Shown piece by piece: positions 38,311 to 50,525 of a DNA stretch of 64,000 bases. The stretch lies in the NCBI GenBank assembly GCA_964106915.2, contig OZ066929.1. One strand, 5' to 3'. The stretch's first letter is position 1. Each line of letters opens with the position of its first letter. This DNA is from Podarcis gaigeae (taxonomy: Eukaryota). Position numbers and translations under genes: made by a program. Under the pieces are notes generated by a model. That model saw nothing but the letters and a program-made list of their open reading frames with translations. It searched no databases and was not told the DNA's origin.

Positions 38311-38555
38311 TAGCTCCATTAATTTAAATGAGTCTACTCTGAGTGGAAGATGGTTGAATAAAACCCTAACAGAGCATGTTTTACCGCTTTGCTCTTTGCC
38401 CCACCCTGGAAGTGCAGGGAATAAATTTAATGAATAATAAAACCAGCTTCCCACTCCCCTGCATGAACACTTTGGGGATTTACATACAGAGCCTGGGGAA
38501 ATGTTGGGCAGCCTCCTGGACCCTCCCCAGGCAGCCACAGGGACAGCTTGCTCAC

Positions 38556-38631
38556 CTGGGATTGCATAGAGGGCTCTGCTGTCGTCATGGTTCGCTAAGA
38601 AAGTCACTGCTTCCGTCTGCGATCTCTGAGA
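38556..38631 (-). CDS. POLDIP2: POLDIP2 exon 5
   Basis: SQRSQTEAVTFLANHDDSRALYAIP. Confidence 0.95.
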
Positions 38632-38686
38632 CTGAGGAAGAAATGGCAAAGACAGCACTTGAGAGCTGCAATTATTTTGAGTTAAT

Positions 38687-38698
38687 AAATAATAATAC

Positions 38699-38741
<43 letters not shown>
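38687..38741. repeat. (AAT)n microsatellite
   Basis: Near-perfect trinucleotide run just inside POLDIP2 intron 4. Confidence 0.9.
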
Positions 38742-39705
38742 TACCACCCTTAATCTAAGGATCACAGAATGGTTCAGAGATTAAAAACACAAAAATACAT
38801 ACCACGATAACAAATCAAACAATAACACCCACATAGTTTAAAAGGCCATGGATTTAATTAGCTAATTAACGTGTGATATTTTACTGTATTTTTGGTTTCT
38901 ATGGAAGCCGCCCAGAGTGGCTGGGGAGGCCCAGCCAGATGGGCGGGGTATAAATAATAAATTATGATGATGATGATGATGATGATGATTGTGTGGAGGA
39001 AGAGGAATGCTTTTGCCTGCCTTCTAAATACATGTAATGATGGTGCCTGACAAGCCTCGCCTACAACTGGAGAGCCACCACAGCAAAGGCCAGCTCTCAT
39101 GTTGCCACCATCCAGAACTGTTGTGGAGAGGAAGTACAGAGAAGGACACTGGATGAAGATTACATGGTCTGAGTCGGTTCATATGGAAAGGGGTGGTCCT
39201 GAACATAAGAAGAGCCCTCCTGGATCAGGCCAATGAATCATCTAGTCCAGCAGCCTGCTCTCACTGTGGCAAACCAGATGACAATTATGGGAAGCCTGCA
39301 AGCAGGATTCGACCACAAGAGCAGCACTCTTCCCTCCCGTGGTTTCCAGCAGCTGGCATTCAGAAACATTGCTGCCTCTGACCACGGAATCAGAGCACAG
39401 TCTTCCTGGCTAGTAGCCAACAATAGCCCTCCCCTCCATGAATTGGCCTCACCCTCTTTTAAAGTCATCTAGGCTGGGGGCCGTCGCTGCCTCCTGTGGG
39501 AGGGAGTTCCACAGCTTAACTCTTTGGAGGAAGGGCAGGATACAAATTTAACCAACACAACAATTAATAACAAAAGCCATGTGTTAACCACCTCTGATGT
39601 AAGGCACCCATAGATGGATCCTCCGACCGGCTCCCTCCCTACTCTGTATGGCATCCTAGTCGTGCATGGGGGGGGGGGCAAGGGGAGGAAGGCTGAAGCA
39701 CTTAC

Positions 39706-39802
39706 TATATGTGGGCAGTCCCGAGCATCTATGAGAACCTGGTAGTACGTGTGCGTCTTGCCTTTCACTTCCTTGGATCCGTGCCCAGCTGCATTCTCAC
39801 CC
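39706..39802 (-). CDS. POLDIP2: POLDIP2 exon 4
   Basis: GENAAGHGSKEVKGKTHTYYQVLIDARDCPHI. Confidence 0.95.
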
Positions 39803-40202
39803 CTGAATCAAGACACACAGCGTTTTTACAACCTCTTCTGTTAATATTATTACAATTGTTATTGTTATTAAAATTTGTGTACTGTCCTTCATCCGAAGAT
39901 CACAGGGTGGTTCACAACATAAAAATACAAAATGAGAACACAAATATATAATAGAGCAAAAATCAAACTATTAACACCCCACCCCCCCAAAACACATTTA
40001 AAAGGGTACAGAACGCTCGATCAGGCAAAGTTCTGGTTATATGCTAAATCCACAACAGTTTTCTCATTTCACAGAGCAAGTGTGGATGTGCTGTCTCTGA
40101 CACAGGGCGGCAGCTCAGCCTCATTGGGGAAGAAAAAAGCCTCTTGTATGAGAAAGGAGAGGAAATGTTACAAACCGGAAAATCCCAAAAGTCACATATA
40201 TA

Positions 40203-40372
40203 CAGTGGTACCTCGGGTTACATACGCTTCAGGTTACATATGCTTCAGGTTACAGACTCCGCTAACCCAGAAATAGTACCTTGGGTTAAGAACTTTGCTT
40301 CAGGATGAGAACAGAAATCTGAACAAAACGGACCTCTGGAACGAATTAAGTACTTAACCCTAGGTACCACTG
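40203..40372. mobile_element. same MITE family, internally deleted
   Basis: Same TIRs, central part missing. Confidence 0.88.
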
Positions 40373-40581
40373 TATTCCACTACCTTGGTGTCTGAAGCTT
40401 TCTTAATGAACTTCCTTTATTTTAATTAGGTATGTTTTCACTGTGCTAATGAAATTATTTTATTGCTTATGTTAACTGTGTCATCATTGTTTTTATACTT
40501 TTAAACTGGTTAGAAGCTATTTTGGTGTAAATAAATAAATGCAAAAAAAACCCCCAGTGTCCTTTAATATGGCAGCAAATA

Positions 40582-40808
40582 CAGTTAGGAACTTAGTTCT
40601 TGAACGTTTTGGCTCCCGAACTCCACAAACCTGGAAGTGAGCGTTTTGGTTTGCGAATGTTCTTTGGAGCCCAAATGTCCGACGGGGCTCCCGATTGAGT
40701 GCAGGAAGCTCCTGCAGCCAATCAGAAGCCGTGCCTTGGTTTTCAAATGTTTTCGGAAGTCGAACGGACTTCCGGAACAGATTCTGTTCAAGAACCAAGG
40801 TACAACTG
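40582..40808. mobile_element. related Tigger-like MITE
   Basis: TA|CAGTT...GTTCTTGAAC and GTTCAAGAACCAAGGTACAACTG|TA imperfect TIRs. Confidence 0.72.
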
Positions 40809-41034
40809 TATTTTTCAATGACTTAAAAAAAATTGTTTACTGTAAACCACTCGGAGTAAGCTGTATATAAATTACATTCAACAAAATGATTAAATAAGGC
40901 AGGGCAAGCTCTGCCCACTGCCCACTCTAAATACCAACCACAACAACTTCTTAGAAGCGCACTGAGCTTCTTAACATGCTCCTCTCCCTCCCCATTTCTG
41001 GCTGCCCGTGAGTGAAACACAAATCCTTCCTTAC

Positions 41035-41132
41035 TTTTCAGGCACCGGGGAAGCCACGTCTCTGTCGTACAGCCTGGCTTGCCAAGGAAACAGGACTATC
41101 CCCCGGTATCCAAATACACTGTGGAGAAATAG
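41035..41132 (-). CDS. POLDIP2: POLDIP2 exon 3
   Basis: LFLHSVFGYRGIVLFPWQARLYDRDVASPVPEK. Confidence 0.95.
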
Positions 41133-41752
41133 CTGAAAGAAAAGAGCACAGGGGGCAGGACGAGAGAAAGTGTCAAGCAAGGCAGGCCAAGGCAGAAGAG
41201 AAAGCAGAATTTGCTCCAACCATCACAGTGAGAAATGGCAGCTCCAAGGAACCAGCTTCAGGAGGGAGGGAGGTGGGCAGCTTTATGGCATCTATTGCTA
41301 CCTAATCCAGAGTCTGGGGGGGGGGGGTCAAAACAAACGACAAAGGCTCCAGTAAAGGTCATGTGAAGGAAGCCAAAAATGCAGCTGTGGGCAGGACCCC
41401 AAAAATGCTACAGGTCCTGACAGTCTTCACATATCCATACTGTGTCACAGCGATGGCTTACAAGAGCCAACATTCTTTTCCACTGAGAAAAGCTTCTCTG
41501 CCTGGTTGCCTTGAAGCAAAAAAATCTGCGTGTTCCTGTGGGCAACCAGACAAGGATCCCTTAATAAGGCTGGGCTTGCAGAATATGGTCCGGAGGTGTC
41601 CCTTTATAGCAGCACCAACTGCAAAAGAGATGGGGACACCAAAAAGAGAGGATCCCAAGCTGACCCAATCCAGTGTAGAGCAAGAGGCTTCCAATGCCTC
41701 TGATTCCACTCTGCCACACAAAAAACTGACCTGTGTCATATTTCCCACTTAC

Positions 41753-41834
41753 CTGACCTGTGTCATATTTCCCATGCTGCTTTGGCACTTCAAATACACC
41801 CACTGTCTCCAGCACTTTGCCCTCAGGGCGATTC
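41753..41834 (-). CDS. POLDIP2: POLDIP2 exon 2
   Basis: NRPEGKVLETVGVFEVPKQHGKYDTGQ; donor CAG|GTAAGT. Confidence 0.95.
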
Positions 41835-43641
41835 CTAGGGTGAGGACAGAGAGAAGGCAGGACGTCAAGCTCGCCCAGAGTGTTGGTCACTGAGTTGCAA
41901 ATCTGAACTGGTCACTCCCCGCCCCCCTCCCAACCACAGCTCAGCTTTCAGACTCCTATTCAGCTGGGAGCCCAGTGATGCTGATCTGCCCCACTCACAA
42001 CAAATACAACAGGAAAGTAACAATGAATAAAGTAAAGCTACTTGTTTAAAGTTTAACTCCAGAGGTAAGTGCAGTCACAATGTCCAAGAGCTCAGATGAC
42101 TTTTGGAAGGAACAGATAAACTCGGGAGGGAGGGAAGTCTATCGATGGATGTTTGTCATGATGGTTAAAAAGAGCCTTGCACATCCCGAAGCAGCATAGC
42201 TCTGGGGACAAGAACACAGGGGACTGTGCCTGTGGGTCCTGTTTTGAGAGCTGAATTAGGTGCAAAGTGAAATCTCATTTTGCACTGGCAAAGTCAGGCA
42301 GGAGCAAGCAGGCCTCAAAATGATTTGCGGGAGACCAGTAAGGGTTCCCGACTCCAAATGCTTTAAACCAGACTTCTCCAACCTGGTGCCTGCCAAACGT
42401 TTCAGACTACAAGTCCCATCAGCCCCCAGCATCCTACAGCCATGCTGGATGAGAGTTGCGGTTCAAAACATCTGGAGGGCCCTTGGTTGGTGAAGGCCAA
42501 CTTAAACAATAGCAACAAGGTAGTGGCATCAATGACCAATGATAACTCACATCATTCTAATAAGAATGGGAGAACTTCTCTCTCAAGGCACCTTTATGTA
42601 TTGGGCTCCACCTCCACAAGCCACTATTTTGCCCCTTGGTGTGGTTGGCAGGCCTTCAGGCTCTCTCTTTCTCTCTCGCCATAATACTGCACACACCCAG
42701 CGTTTGAAACTCCAATTGTTCTAGGCACATTTTGCGGCAGGGAATTTCATTAGCACGAGCAGTTTCTGAGCTCTGGGCGCAATACTGTGCCTAAAATTTC
42801 AGACTAAAAATGCCGCTGCTGTTTTTCTTCCTCCCCATTTCCAGTCACTCTCTGAAGACTGGAGAAGAGACCCTCTTAAGAATATTATGGGGGTGGGAAG
42901 GGGAAGGACTAGACCATTTGAAAAATGAGCAAGATTTTAGCTGCAGTTCATTCATTTTCAGCTTTGCATTCTTGTTATTAAAAAGTGGGCCTAAACATTC
43001 TGTTGTTGCGCCCATAACCTACGTTTAAGGTGCCATTTACCTCCTAGCTTTCATATCTCTGTTTCTAACACTCCACACACCCCACAAAGCAGAACCTACA
43101 AGTATATTTATGAACTGTTAACCTCCAGGGACAGATTAATCTCTGCAAAACACCTGAGCATACAACTCTGCTTGGGCCTCCTTTCTGTTGGCACTCACCA
43201 CCTAAGTTTGCTATTAGAGGGAGCAACGGGCGCAAACACACTCAGCAGCTATTTAGGAAGTGACAAACAGAAGGAAGCCCTGGCTGTTGGATCAGGCCAA
43301 AGGGGACTCACCTAGTCCAGCATCCTGCTTCCACACAACAGAAGGGCCCCAGTGGGAAGCCTGCCAGCAGGACATGAATGAGGAAAGGGGGGGATGTCCC
43401 ACCATCAAATGCAAAAGCTGCAACATACCTATGAGAAGCTTAACGGGGTTTACCGAGTTGGCAGCTGTTCATGCAAGAATTTGGGGGGGGGGGGGGAGAT
43501 CCTGATCGGAGCCCTGGTGGAATGTCCTCAGCCTCAATGGATTCCCTCACCTCCACTAATAGATACAGCCAGAAATCGTTGGAATGTGGGGGAGGAGGTC
43601 GTCCTGAAAAGGTAAGACCCCCCCACCTGTACCCTCAAGCC

Positions 43642-43764
43642 CAGGCATCCCCAAACTCGGCCCTCCAGATGTTTTGGGACTACAACTCCCAACATCCCTG
43701 ACCACTGGTCCTGTTAGCTAGGGATGATGGGAGTTGTAGTCCCAAAACAGCTTGGGGCTGCCTG
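43642..43764. mobile_element. palindromic hAT MITE in POLDIP2 intron 1
   Basis: Same core as the 25445 element; 8-bp TSD CTCAAGCC at 43634-43641 and 43765-43772. Confidence 0.85.
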
Positions 43765-43859
43765 CTCAAGCCCCTCTTCCCAGCTGTGGCCCGCGCCCCA
43801 CACAAGCTCCCCACTCCCTGAAGCCCCCCCCCCGTGGCTCCCCCTCCCTCTCCGCTCAC

Positions 43860-44059
43860 CGTGAGGAAAGGGCCCTCCGGGAGACCAGGCCAGGCCACGC
43901 CCACAGGCCGGTCCCGCGAGCCGCCCCTCGCAGCGCCGCTCCGCAGGGCAGCCCTGAGCCGCACGAGGACGACGAGGAGGAAGCCCTGGCCCGGCTCAGT
44001 GCCACCGCCGCCCAGCAGCGGCTCCGTGCCGCCGCCGCCGCGCAGGCCGCTGCTGCCAT
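43860..44059 (-). CDS. POLDIP2: POLDIP2 exon 1 (Ala/Arg/Ser-rich mitochondrial-presequence-like)
   Basis: ATG 44059, MAAAACAAAAARSRCW...RRALSSR; donor CG|GTGAGC. Confidence 0.88.
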
Positions 44060-44599
44060 CCCGCGGCCCTGGCGCAAGACAAACCTCAGCGGGCGCCCAC
44101 AATGCACCGCGCGCCCGCGCTGCCGCCGCAGCCTCAGGCCCCGCTTCTTCGTCTGAGGGGCGGAGAGGACGGGGTCGCTCTGGCCCGCGCGTAGGCCATA
44201 GAGAGGGGAAGGCGAAGGGAAGGCTTCCGCCGCTTTCTTCCCCACAGAGATAAGAACTGTAGAAGGAGCCCGAATAGGCAGTATCCGAGGTTGTTCCTCA
44301 CTCCCCCCCCTCCACGCGGGTTTAAATGATTATAAACATTTGTGTTTTCGGGAAATAGACCAGAGTTTGCAGAAAGCTTTGGATGACGCAGGCCGCTTAT
44401 TTATTCGGAGCGCTTCTTGCCCGCCTTTTGGCCGCGGAGTGAACCCGGAATATGCTTCTCAGGGCGACCAGGCTCCCTCTCTTCCCTTTTGTTCCCTCTT
44501 TGTTCACCTCCCTCTTCGGGTTGCCGTAGTAACCCCAGTCAGATTCTTCCCCGCCCACTTCAGGCCCCGAGCGGTCATATGACCAGCGGCACTTCCAAG

Positions 44600-44771
44600 A
44601 TGGCGTCCTCCCTGAAGGTTGGACCTGTGCTGCGGGGGCTCCTGCGGGGCTCCGAGGCGCAGCGGCTGCCGGAGGAGCTGCGGGCCGAGCTGGAGGCGGC
44701 CCTGGCCGAAGAGGAGCCCCGCTTGTCCTTCCACTTCGTCCGAAAGTTCTACCGAGCGCTGCGGGAGGCGG
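44600..44771 (+). CDS. TMEM199: TMEM199 exon 1
   Basis: MASSLKVGPVLRGLL...ELRAELEAAL...; donor G|GTGAGG. Confidence 0.92.
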
Positions 44772-44955
44772 GTGAGGAGAGCCCCCCCCCGGAGACTTGA
44801 GGCTGGGGTCGTGATCTTTGACCTTCGAGACGGAGGGGCAGTTCGCCCCCCCTAAGCCCTGTCCGAAAGAGGCTGCCTTATTTCCTCCACGCCCTGTGTG
44901 CTTCCTCTCGAGTAAACTAACCAACGCTTAGAAGGGGCACCTGCATATAGATATA

Positions 44956-45175
44956 CAGTGGTACCTCGGGTTACATACGTTTCAGGTTACATACTCCGCT
45001 AACCCAGAAATAGTGCTTCAGGTTAAGAACTTTGCTTCAGGATGAGAACAGAAATCGTGCTCCGGCAGCAGCGGGAGGCCCCATTAGCTAAAGTGGTTAG
45101 CTTCAGGTTAGGAACAGTTTCAGCTTAAGAACGGACCTCCAGAACGAATTAGGTACTTAACCCAAGGTACCACTG
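44956..45175. mobile_element. Tc1/mariner (Tigger/pogo-like) MITE
   Basis: TIR CAGTGGTACCTCGGGTTA, TA target duplication. Confidence 0.9.
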
Positions 45176-45988
45176 TAATTGTATTCATGTCACGTGTTTC
45201 CATAAAGGAGCTCAAGATAATGTACATGGTTCTTCTCCCCACCCCACCCTGGTTATTTTATCTTCAGAACACTCCTGTGAGGTTTCTTAGACAGACAGAC
45301 AGAGAGAGAGAGAGTGACTGACCCAAGGCCACCCAGTGAACTTCATGGCTGAGTCGGCATTCGAACCTTGATCTGCTTGGTTTCTCTGCCCAAGACTCTT
45401 AACCACTACACCACACTGACTCTACACTCAAAACACTACTACACCATACATAGCATAGGGTGCACCGTGGTATACACACTTATTGGGGAACAAAATACAT
45501 TGAAATGGGGGTGAATAGTAAAGGGAAACAGAGCCTATGTGGTGCCCTAGTAGAGTGTTGGACTGGAGGGTGGGGGGTGAGAGAGGCAGGATCCTTTACT
45601 ATACCTTTACCATACTTTACAGGCTTGTTAGGATACAAGTGTTCAAATTTCCAACCAGTTATGAAGGGCTTGCTTGGTGACCTTGGAGCCAGTCACTATC
45701 TCTCATCCGACCTTACAGGTTTATCATGAGGATGAAATGGTTTCCCTCCTGTGCACATGTGGAAGGGCAGGACTTCAATCCTAAATTCTTCAGTTAAAAG
45801 AATCAAGGTGAAAACCTTCACACCTAATACCCTGGAGTGCAGCTACCAGTCAAAGCAGACAGTACTGGCCTAAGTGGACAAAGAATCCGGCCTAGGATAA
45901 GGCCATTTCCTATGTGCATAACATTATATATTTCAAATTCCTTTGGCCCAGAATTCTTATTGGTGAACACACCTTTTTTTACTCCTAG

Positions 45989-46062
45989 GTTCTCAGGTAT
46001 ATCTTCATGAACTGCTGGAAGGCAGTGAGATCTTCCTTCCTGAAGAGAAAAAGCCTCCCAGG
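45989..46062 (+). CDS. TMEM199: TMEM199 exon 2
   Basis: [24 protein letters not shown]. Confidence 0.93.
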
Positions 46063-46291
46063 GTTTGTATGAAGCACTTACCTTTTTAATAAAAATAACT
46101 AGGTGGTTGGAATCTCTGTGGCTTCTGATGTATAAAAGGCTTTCATAAGGAGATAACTTTGCATCTCCCAACACACAGAAATCTCTAGTTACATGTATCT
46201 TAGGAAGCCTAAATCTCTCCACTCTCCCAACAAATATTTGGCATAAAACAGTGAAATTGCTGTTCCATTGCAAGTTTGTGTTCTGTTTCAG

Positions 46292-46381
46292 AATCCAGAA
46301 TTAGTAGCCCGGTTAGAGAAGATCAAGGCCAAGCTAGCCAATGAGGAATACAAGAAGATAACAAGGAACATCAACTGCCAG
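46292..46381 (+). CDS. TMEM199: TMEM199 exon 3
   Basis: [30 protein letters not shown]. Confidence 0.95.
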
Positions 46382-46604
46382 GTGAGGGGAAAATAGAAAC
46401 CTGAACTGTCCCACCCTTAGCAAAGATCAGCCTGATCTTACTTAAGCCATCTACATGATACGGCTCTGCTTTGAGGAAGGGTTGGTGGATGTGGATACAG
46501 ACTCTCAGTGAAGGGCACAGGGGTTCTGGAACTAAGAATTTGTGTTAAGAATGCAAATGAACATAATAAAGATTAAGCTTCAGGGTGAGGCCCTTTCCTT
46601 TGGG

Positions 46605-46790
46605 GAGGGAACTGGAGCTCAGTGGTAGAGCCCCTGCTTTGCATACAGAAGGTCCCAGGTACAACCCCCAATGGCTCTAGGTAGGGCTGGGAGGACTCCC
46701 TGCCTGAAACCCTGGAGAGCCTCTGCCAGCGTATGCAGTATTGAACTATATGGGCCACAGATCTGGGTCAGTATAAGGCAGCTTCCTATT
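46605..46790 (+). mobile_element. Squam2-type tRNA-derived SINE
   Basis: AGCTCAGTGGTAGAGC..TTTGCAT.CAGAAGGTCCCAGG head and AGTATAAGGCAGCTTCCTAT tail; further copies near 1170-1560, 14680-14815, 18150-18300, 19600-19860, 37480-37650, 49060-49220, 62210-62355. Confidence 0.72.
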
Positions 46791-47060
46791 TTCCTGTTCA
46801 TAGAGTTGCTATATAGGCAGCTAATTTCTGGTTAGCATTAAGTATATGTGATGCGACAACGCAGTTACTGTAGTTTCTGCCGTGGGATTTGGGTCATAGA
46901 GCTCCACATTTTATATCTGACGGCCTAGGTGACATTTTCACACCGCACCTGGGAAGAAGGGAAGGCCTTTATTTGCCTTGGTCCTGAAGCTGCTTCGTTG
47001 CCAAGCAGAACAGAGGAAAGCCCTGTAAGAAGCTAACACTCTTCTCCCTCTTTCTTTTAG

Positions 47061-47103
47061 GAACTGAACCGATACGGCACTTTGGCTGACCTTGGAAGGC
47101 AAG
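47061..47103 (+). CDS. TMEM199: TMEM199 exon 4
   Basis: ELNRYGTLADLGRQ; strong polypyrimidine acceptor. Confidence 0.92.
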
Positions 47104-48508
47104 GTGGGTTTCTGTGTTAAGAGCAGGTGGCATGTTGAGACAAGGAGAGGACAGATGGATGGGTGATTGTGAGAGAGGGAAAGTAAGGTGGCAGAAAGGG
47201 TGGGATGGGAACTGCAGGAAGGGGAGAGGAGACTCCCAATTTAACCTTAGTTAAATTGATAGCAGCTCCTATGCATGTCTTTTCAGAAGTAAGGCCCATT
47301 CATTGGAATGGGATGTATCTCAAGTAATTATGCACAAGACAGCAACTTTAGTTTTTCAGTCTTGATTTGAAATTTATTCCATAAAATTTATACACCATTT
47401 GATTGTGAAAACAAAACAAAACTTTAAAGCAGTTTACAAAAAAAGGAGAAAACAAAAAAACTTTTTGAAAGTTAAATTAACAATAGGAACAGGTTAAAAC
47501 TCACATCAACTTTCTTAATGTCTGAGTAGACTCTGGAATGAATTTTGCTTTTATTTAGTCGCTTAAGAAATAAAATAAAGTACAAGTTTTTGCAAACTAA
47601 GAGGGAAAACAACCATTTTCATTTTAGAACCACGAAAATATGTTACTTCAATGTGGGAGAATCTGAGGAGTTTCTTCAAACTTCATCATCCAAAAAAGGG
47701 GAAACCAAGTGCAGCTGCCCCCTATGTTAGGCTCTGAGGGGAATGAACTTTTCCCAGAAATCCTGCTCATTTTAATTTCAGGCAAGTTGACGTTGTGGGG
47801 GGCAGGAGTCACAGAGAGAAGGGAGTTGAAGAGGCAGGGAAGGCGGCACAAGATGGAAGAAAGAGCAGAGCAAAAAAGGAAAGAGAGAGGGAGACAGAGA
47901 GGTGATAGTAGCAGCAGCCGAAAGGAAAGCAGAAGATGCTGAGAGAGAGGGTAGAAATGTTTGAGGAGATAAAGAGAACCTAAGAAGAGCCTTCTGGATC
48001 AGGTCAGTGCCCATCTAGTCTGGGATCCTGTTCTCACAGTCGCCAGCCAGATGCCTGTAGGAAACCAATAAGCAGGATTCAAGCACAAGAGGAACTCTCC
48101 TCTCCTGTGGTTTCCAGCAACTGGTATTCAAAAGCATTGCTGCTTGTGACAGTGAAGGCAGATCATAGCCATCCTGGCTAATAGCCCTCTAGGAACTTGC
48201 TCAGTTCTCTTTCAATGCCATCTTTTCAATGCCTTGTGGCAGGGAGTTCCATAGTTTAGCTGTGTGCTGCTTTAGGGGTTGGACTCTGGCTTTAGGGATT
48301 GGACTAGATGACCCCAGAGGTCCCTTCCAACTCTGCAACTCCATGAGAAAGAAAGGAGGCAGTGAAGGTTATGGAAAGTGAGAGAGAAGCTTTTTGTTGT
48401 TGTTAAGGAAAGGCAAACATAATGGTGGTATATAAATGGTGGACTTGTCCTCTTGCTCAGTATCAACCACGGGCATAGAGAAAAGGGTTCAGAAGTTTTG
48501 GCCAACTA

Positions 48509-48750
48509 CAGTGGTACCTCGGGTTAAGTACTGAATTCGTTCCGGAGGTCCGTTCTTAACCTGAAACTGTTCTTAACCTGAAGCACCGCTTTAGCTAATG
48601 GGGCCTCCTGCTGCTGCTGCGCCGCTGGAGCACAATTTCTGTTCTTATCCTGAAGCAAAGTTCTTAACCTGAAGCACTATTTCCGGGTTAGCGGAGTCTG
48701 TAACCTGAAGCGTATGTAACCTGAAGTGTATGTAACCCGAGGTACCACTG
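48509..48750. mobile_element. same MITE family, opposite orientation to 44956 copy
   Basis: TIRs CAGTGGTACCTCGGGTTA / TAACCCGAGGTACCACTG, TA TSD. Confidence 0.9.
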
Positions 48751-49594
48751 TATTAAATGAAAGATTGGTTCATTTGGTTCAAACTACTACATATAATATT
48801 GAAAAAAAACAATAGCATGCCAGTACCTCAATGTGTGTAATATGTGGGGAGACTCCAGCACTGTTAAGTTAAAACTTAAAGTCAGAATGGGTACAGTGTT
48901 CCTGTTTGGGGATCAGAGGTGGGTCTCTGGTCTGGATTGGTTAAAAACCAACAGGTGTAGAAGCTCTAGGGAACCATGTTCCAACTTGTATTATGGCAGC
49001 TGCCTTTGTTCCTGTTGAAAGCCAGTTCCTTTGGTCAGAACCATGAGGGCTGTTAGGGGAAGGGCTGCATGTTCCTGGCAGAGCCCCCACTTTCCATGCC
49101 TGTGGCCCCAGGTTCAATTCCACGACATCCCCAGGTTGGGCTGGGAAAGAGCCCCTGCCTGAGACCCTGGAGAGCAACTTCTGCCGGTCAGGGCAGGCAA
49201 TACTGAACTGGATGGTCCTTTTGCTTATTTCATAACGTTTACACGCTGCTTGATTGTAAAAGAAACCCCAGATTCGCAAGCTAAAACTTTCAAAAAGTTA
49301 AAATAACAATTGACTAAAAACGAGCGTAGGCTTGTCTAAAGAATGTTTTTAGCAGGCGCTGAAGAGAGTACAGGGAAGGCAAACTGCTTGATATCAACAG
49401 GCAGGGAGTTCCCAAGTTTTCAATGTTCTAACCCAGTATATAGCAGCTTCCTGTGGGGTGAGGAGGAGTACTGCAGTGGGGTAATGAGGTGGGGTGGGGG
49501 TGGGCAGGGAATTCCCTTTCCTTCTTAGGGTTTCAGTCATAGGGAATGGACCTTGCTAGGCCTGGGTCACACACTCTGCCTCTGCTTTTCCCAG

Positions 49595-49707
49595 TGAGGT
49601 CCACCAAAGCCTTGGTTGTCACCATCGTCAACTTCCTGGTCACTGTGGGAGCCACGTTTGCCTGCACCTACCTGGGCTCCCAGTACATCTTCGTGGAAAT
49701 GGCACCG
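49595..49707 (+). CDS. TMEM199: TMEM199 exon 5
   Basis: [38 protein letters not shown] (TM1). Confidence 0.95.
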
Positions 49708-49834
49708 GTGAGTGGCAGCTGGGCCGGGGGGGGGGGACCATACAGGGGGCAGGGAGAGACTTAAGGAAAGCTCTGGATATTCCGTGGGTAGGGGGTGGGG
49801 GGTGAAGGGCAGCTCTCTTGAACAACATAGAGTT

Positions 49835-50281
49835 TAACCTTCCAAGGACATTGACAAGCTGGAACATGTGCAGAGTAGGGCAGCCAAGATGGTTAAGGGT
49901 CTGGAGTCAAAGCCTGATGAGGAACAGTTGAAGGAGCTGGAGATGTTTAGCCTGGAGAAGAGGAGACTGAGAGGAGATAGGAGAGTCATCTTCAAATATC
50001 TCAAGGGCTATTGCACGGAAGAGGGAACAAGCTTGCTTTCTCCTGCTCTGGAGGGTAGGACTCGAACCCAGGGCTTCAAGTTACAAGAAAGAAGATGGCT
50101 GCTAAACATCAGGAAGAACAGTAAGAGCTGTTGAGAGGTGATGGACTCTCTTTCCTTGCAGGTTTTTAGGCAGAGGTTTGACGGCCATCTGTCTTGGATG
50201 CTTTAGCTGAGATTCCTGCATTGCAGGGGGCTGGGCTGGATGGCCTTTGGGGGTCCCTTCTAACTCCACAACTCTATGATC
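49835..50281 (+). mobile_element. CR1 LINE 3' fragment in TMEM199 intron 5
   Basis: QSRAAKMVKGLE..EEQLKELEMFSLEKRRLRGD; CR1 tail. Confidence 0.88.
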
Positions 50282-50525
50282 CTGCAATTCCTCCACTAGT
50301 GCATTTTTATGTAAAAGGGGGAGAGGGGAAGCCTTTAGTTTTGAATCCAAAAAAGCAAATGTTCTAACTCTAATGCTAGACACAAAACCCCCCCCAAAGG
50401 GTACAGATTAATCCTGACCCCCAAAAAAGTCCAGAGCGGAAGCAAGGCAGGATGTCTCTTAACTGCAACTCACCTGGCAGAGGTGTCTGAGGCTGAGCTG
50501 ACTTCCTTTCCCCCCTTCCTTCCAG

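Larger units (their letters stand above)
32458..44059 (-). other. POLDIP2: POLDIP2 gene, complete, 11 coding exons, 1146 nt / 381 aa
   Basis: YccV-like (FGYRGIVLFPW, YYQVLID) and ApaG/DUF525 (WRYCIRLEN, RGRGVVG, FQYSS, GHMWGTF) segments; all junctions in phase. Confidence 0.97.
43760..44900. promoter_or_regulatory. POLDIP2/TMEM199 bidirectional CpG-island promoter
   Basis: Divergent ATGs at 44059 and 44600 (about 540 bp apart); CpG-rich; ETS (CCGGAA/ACTTCC), GC box, CRE half-site and YY1-like CAAGATGGCG motifs. Confidence 0.85.
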
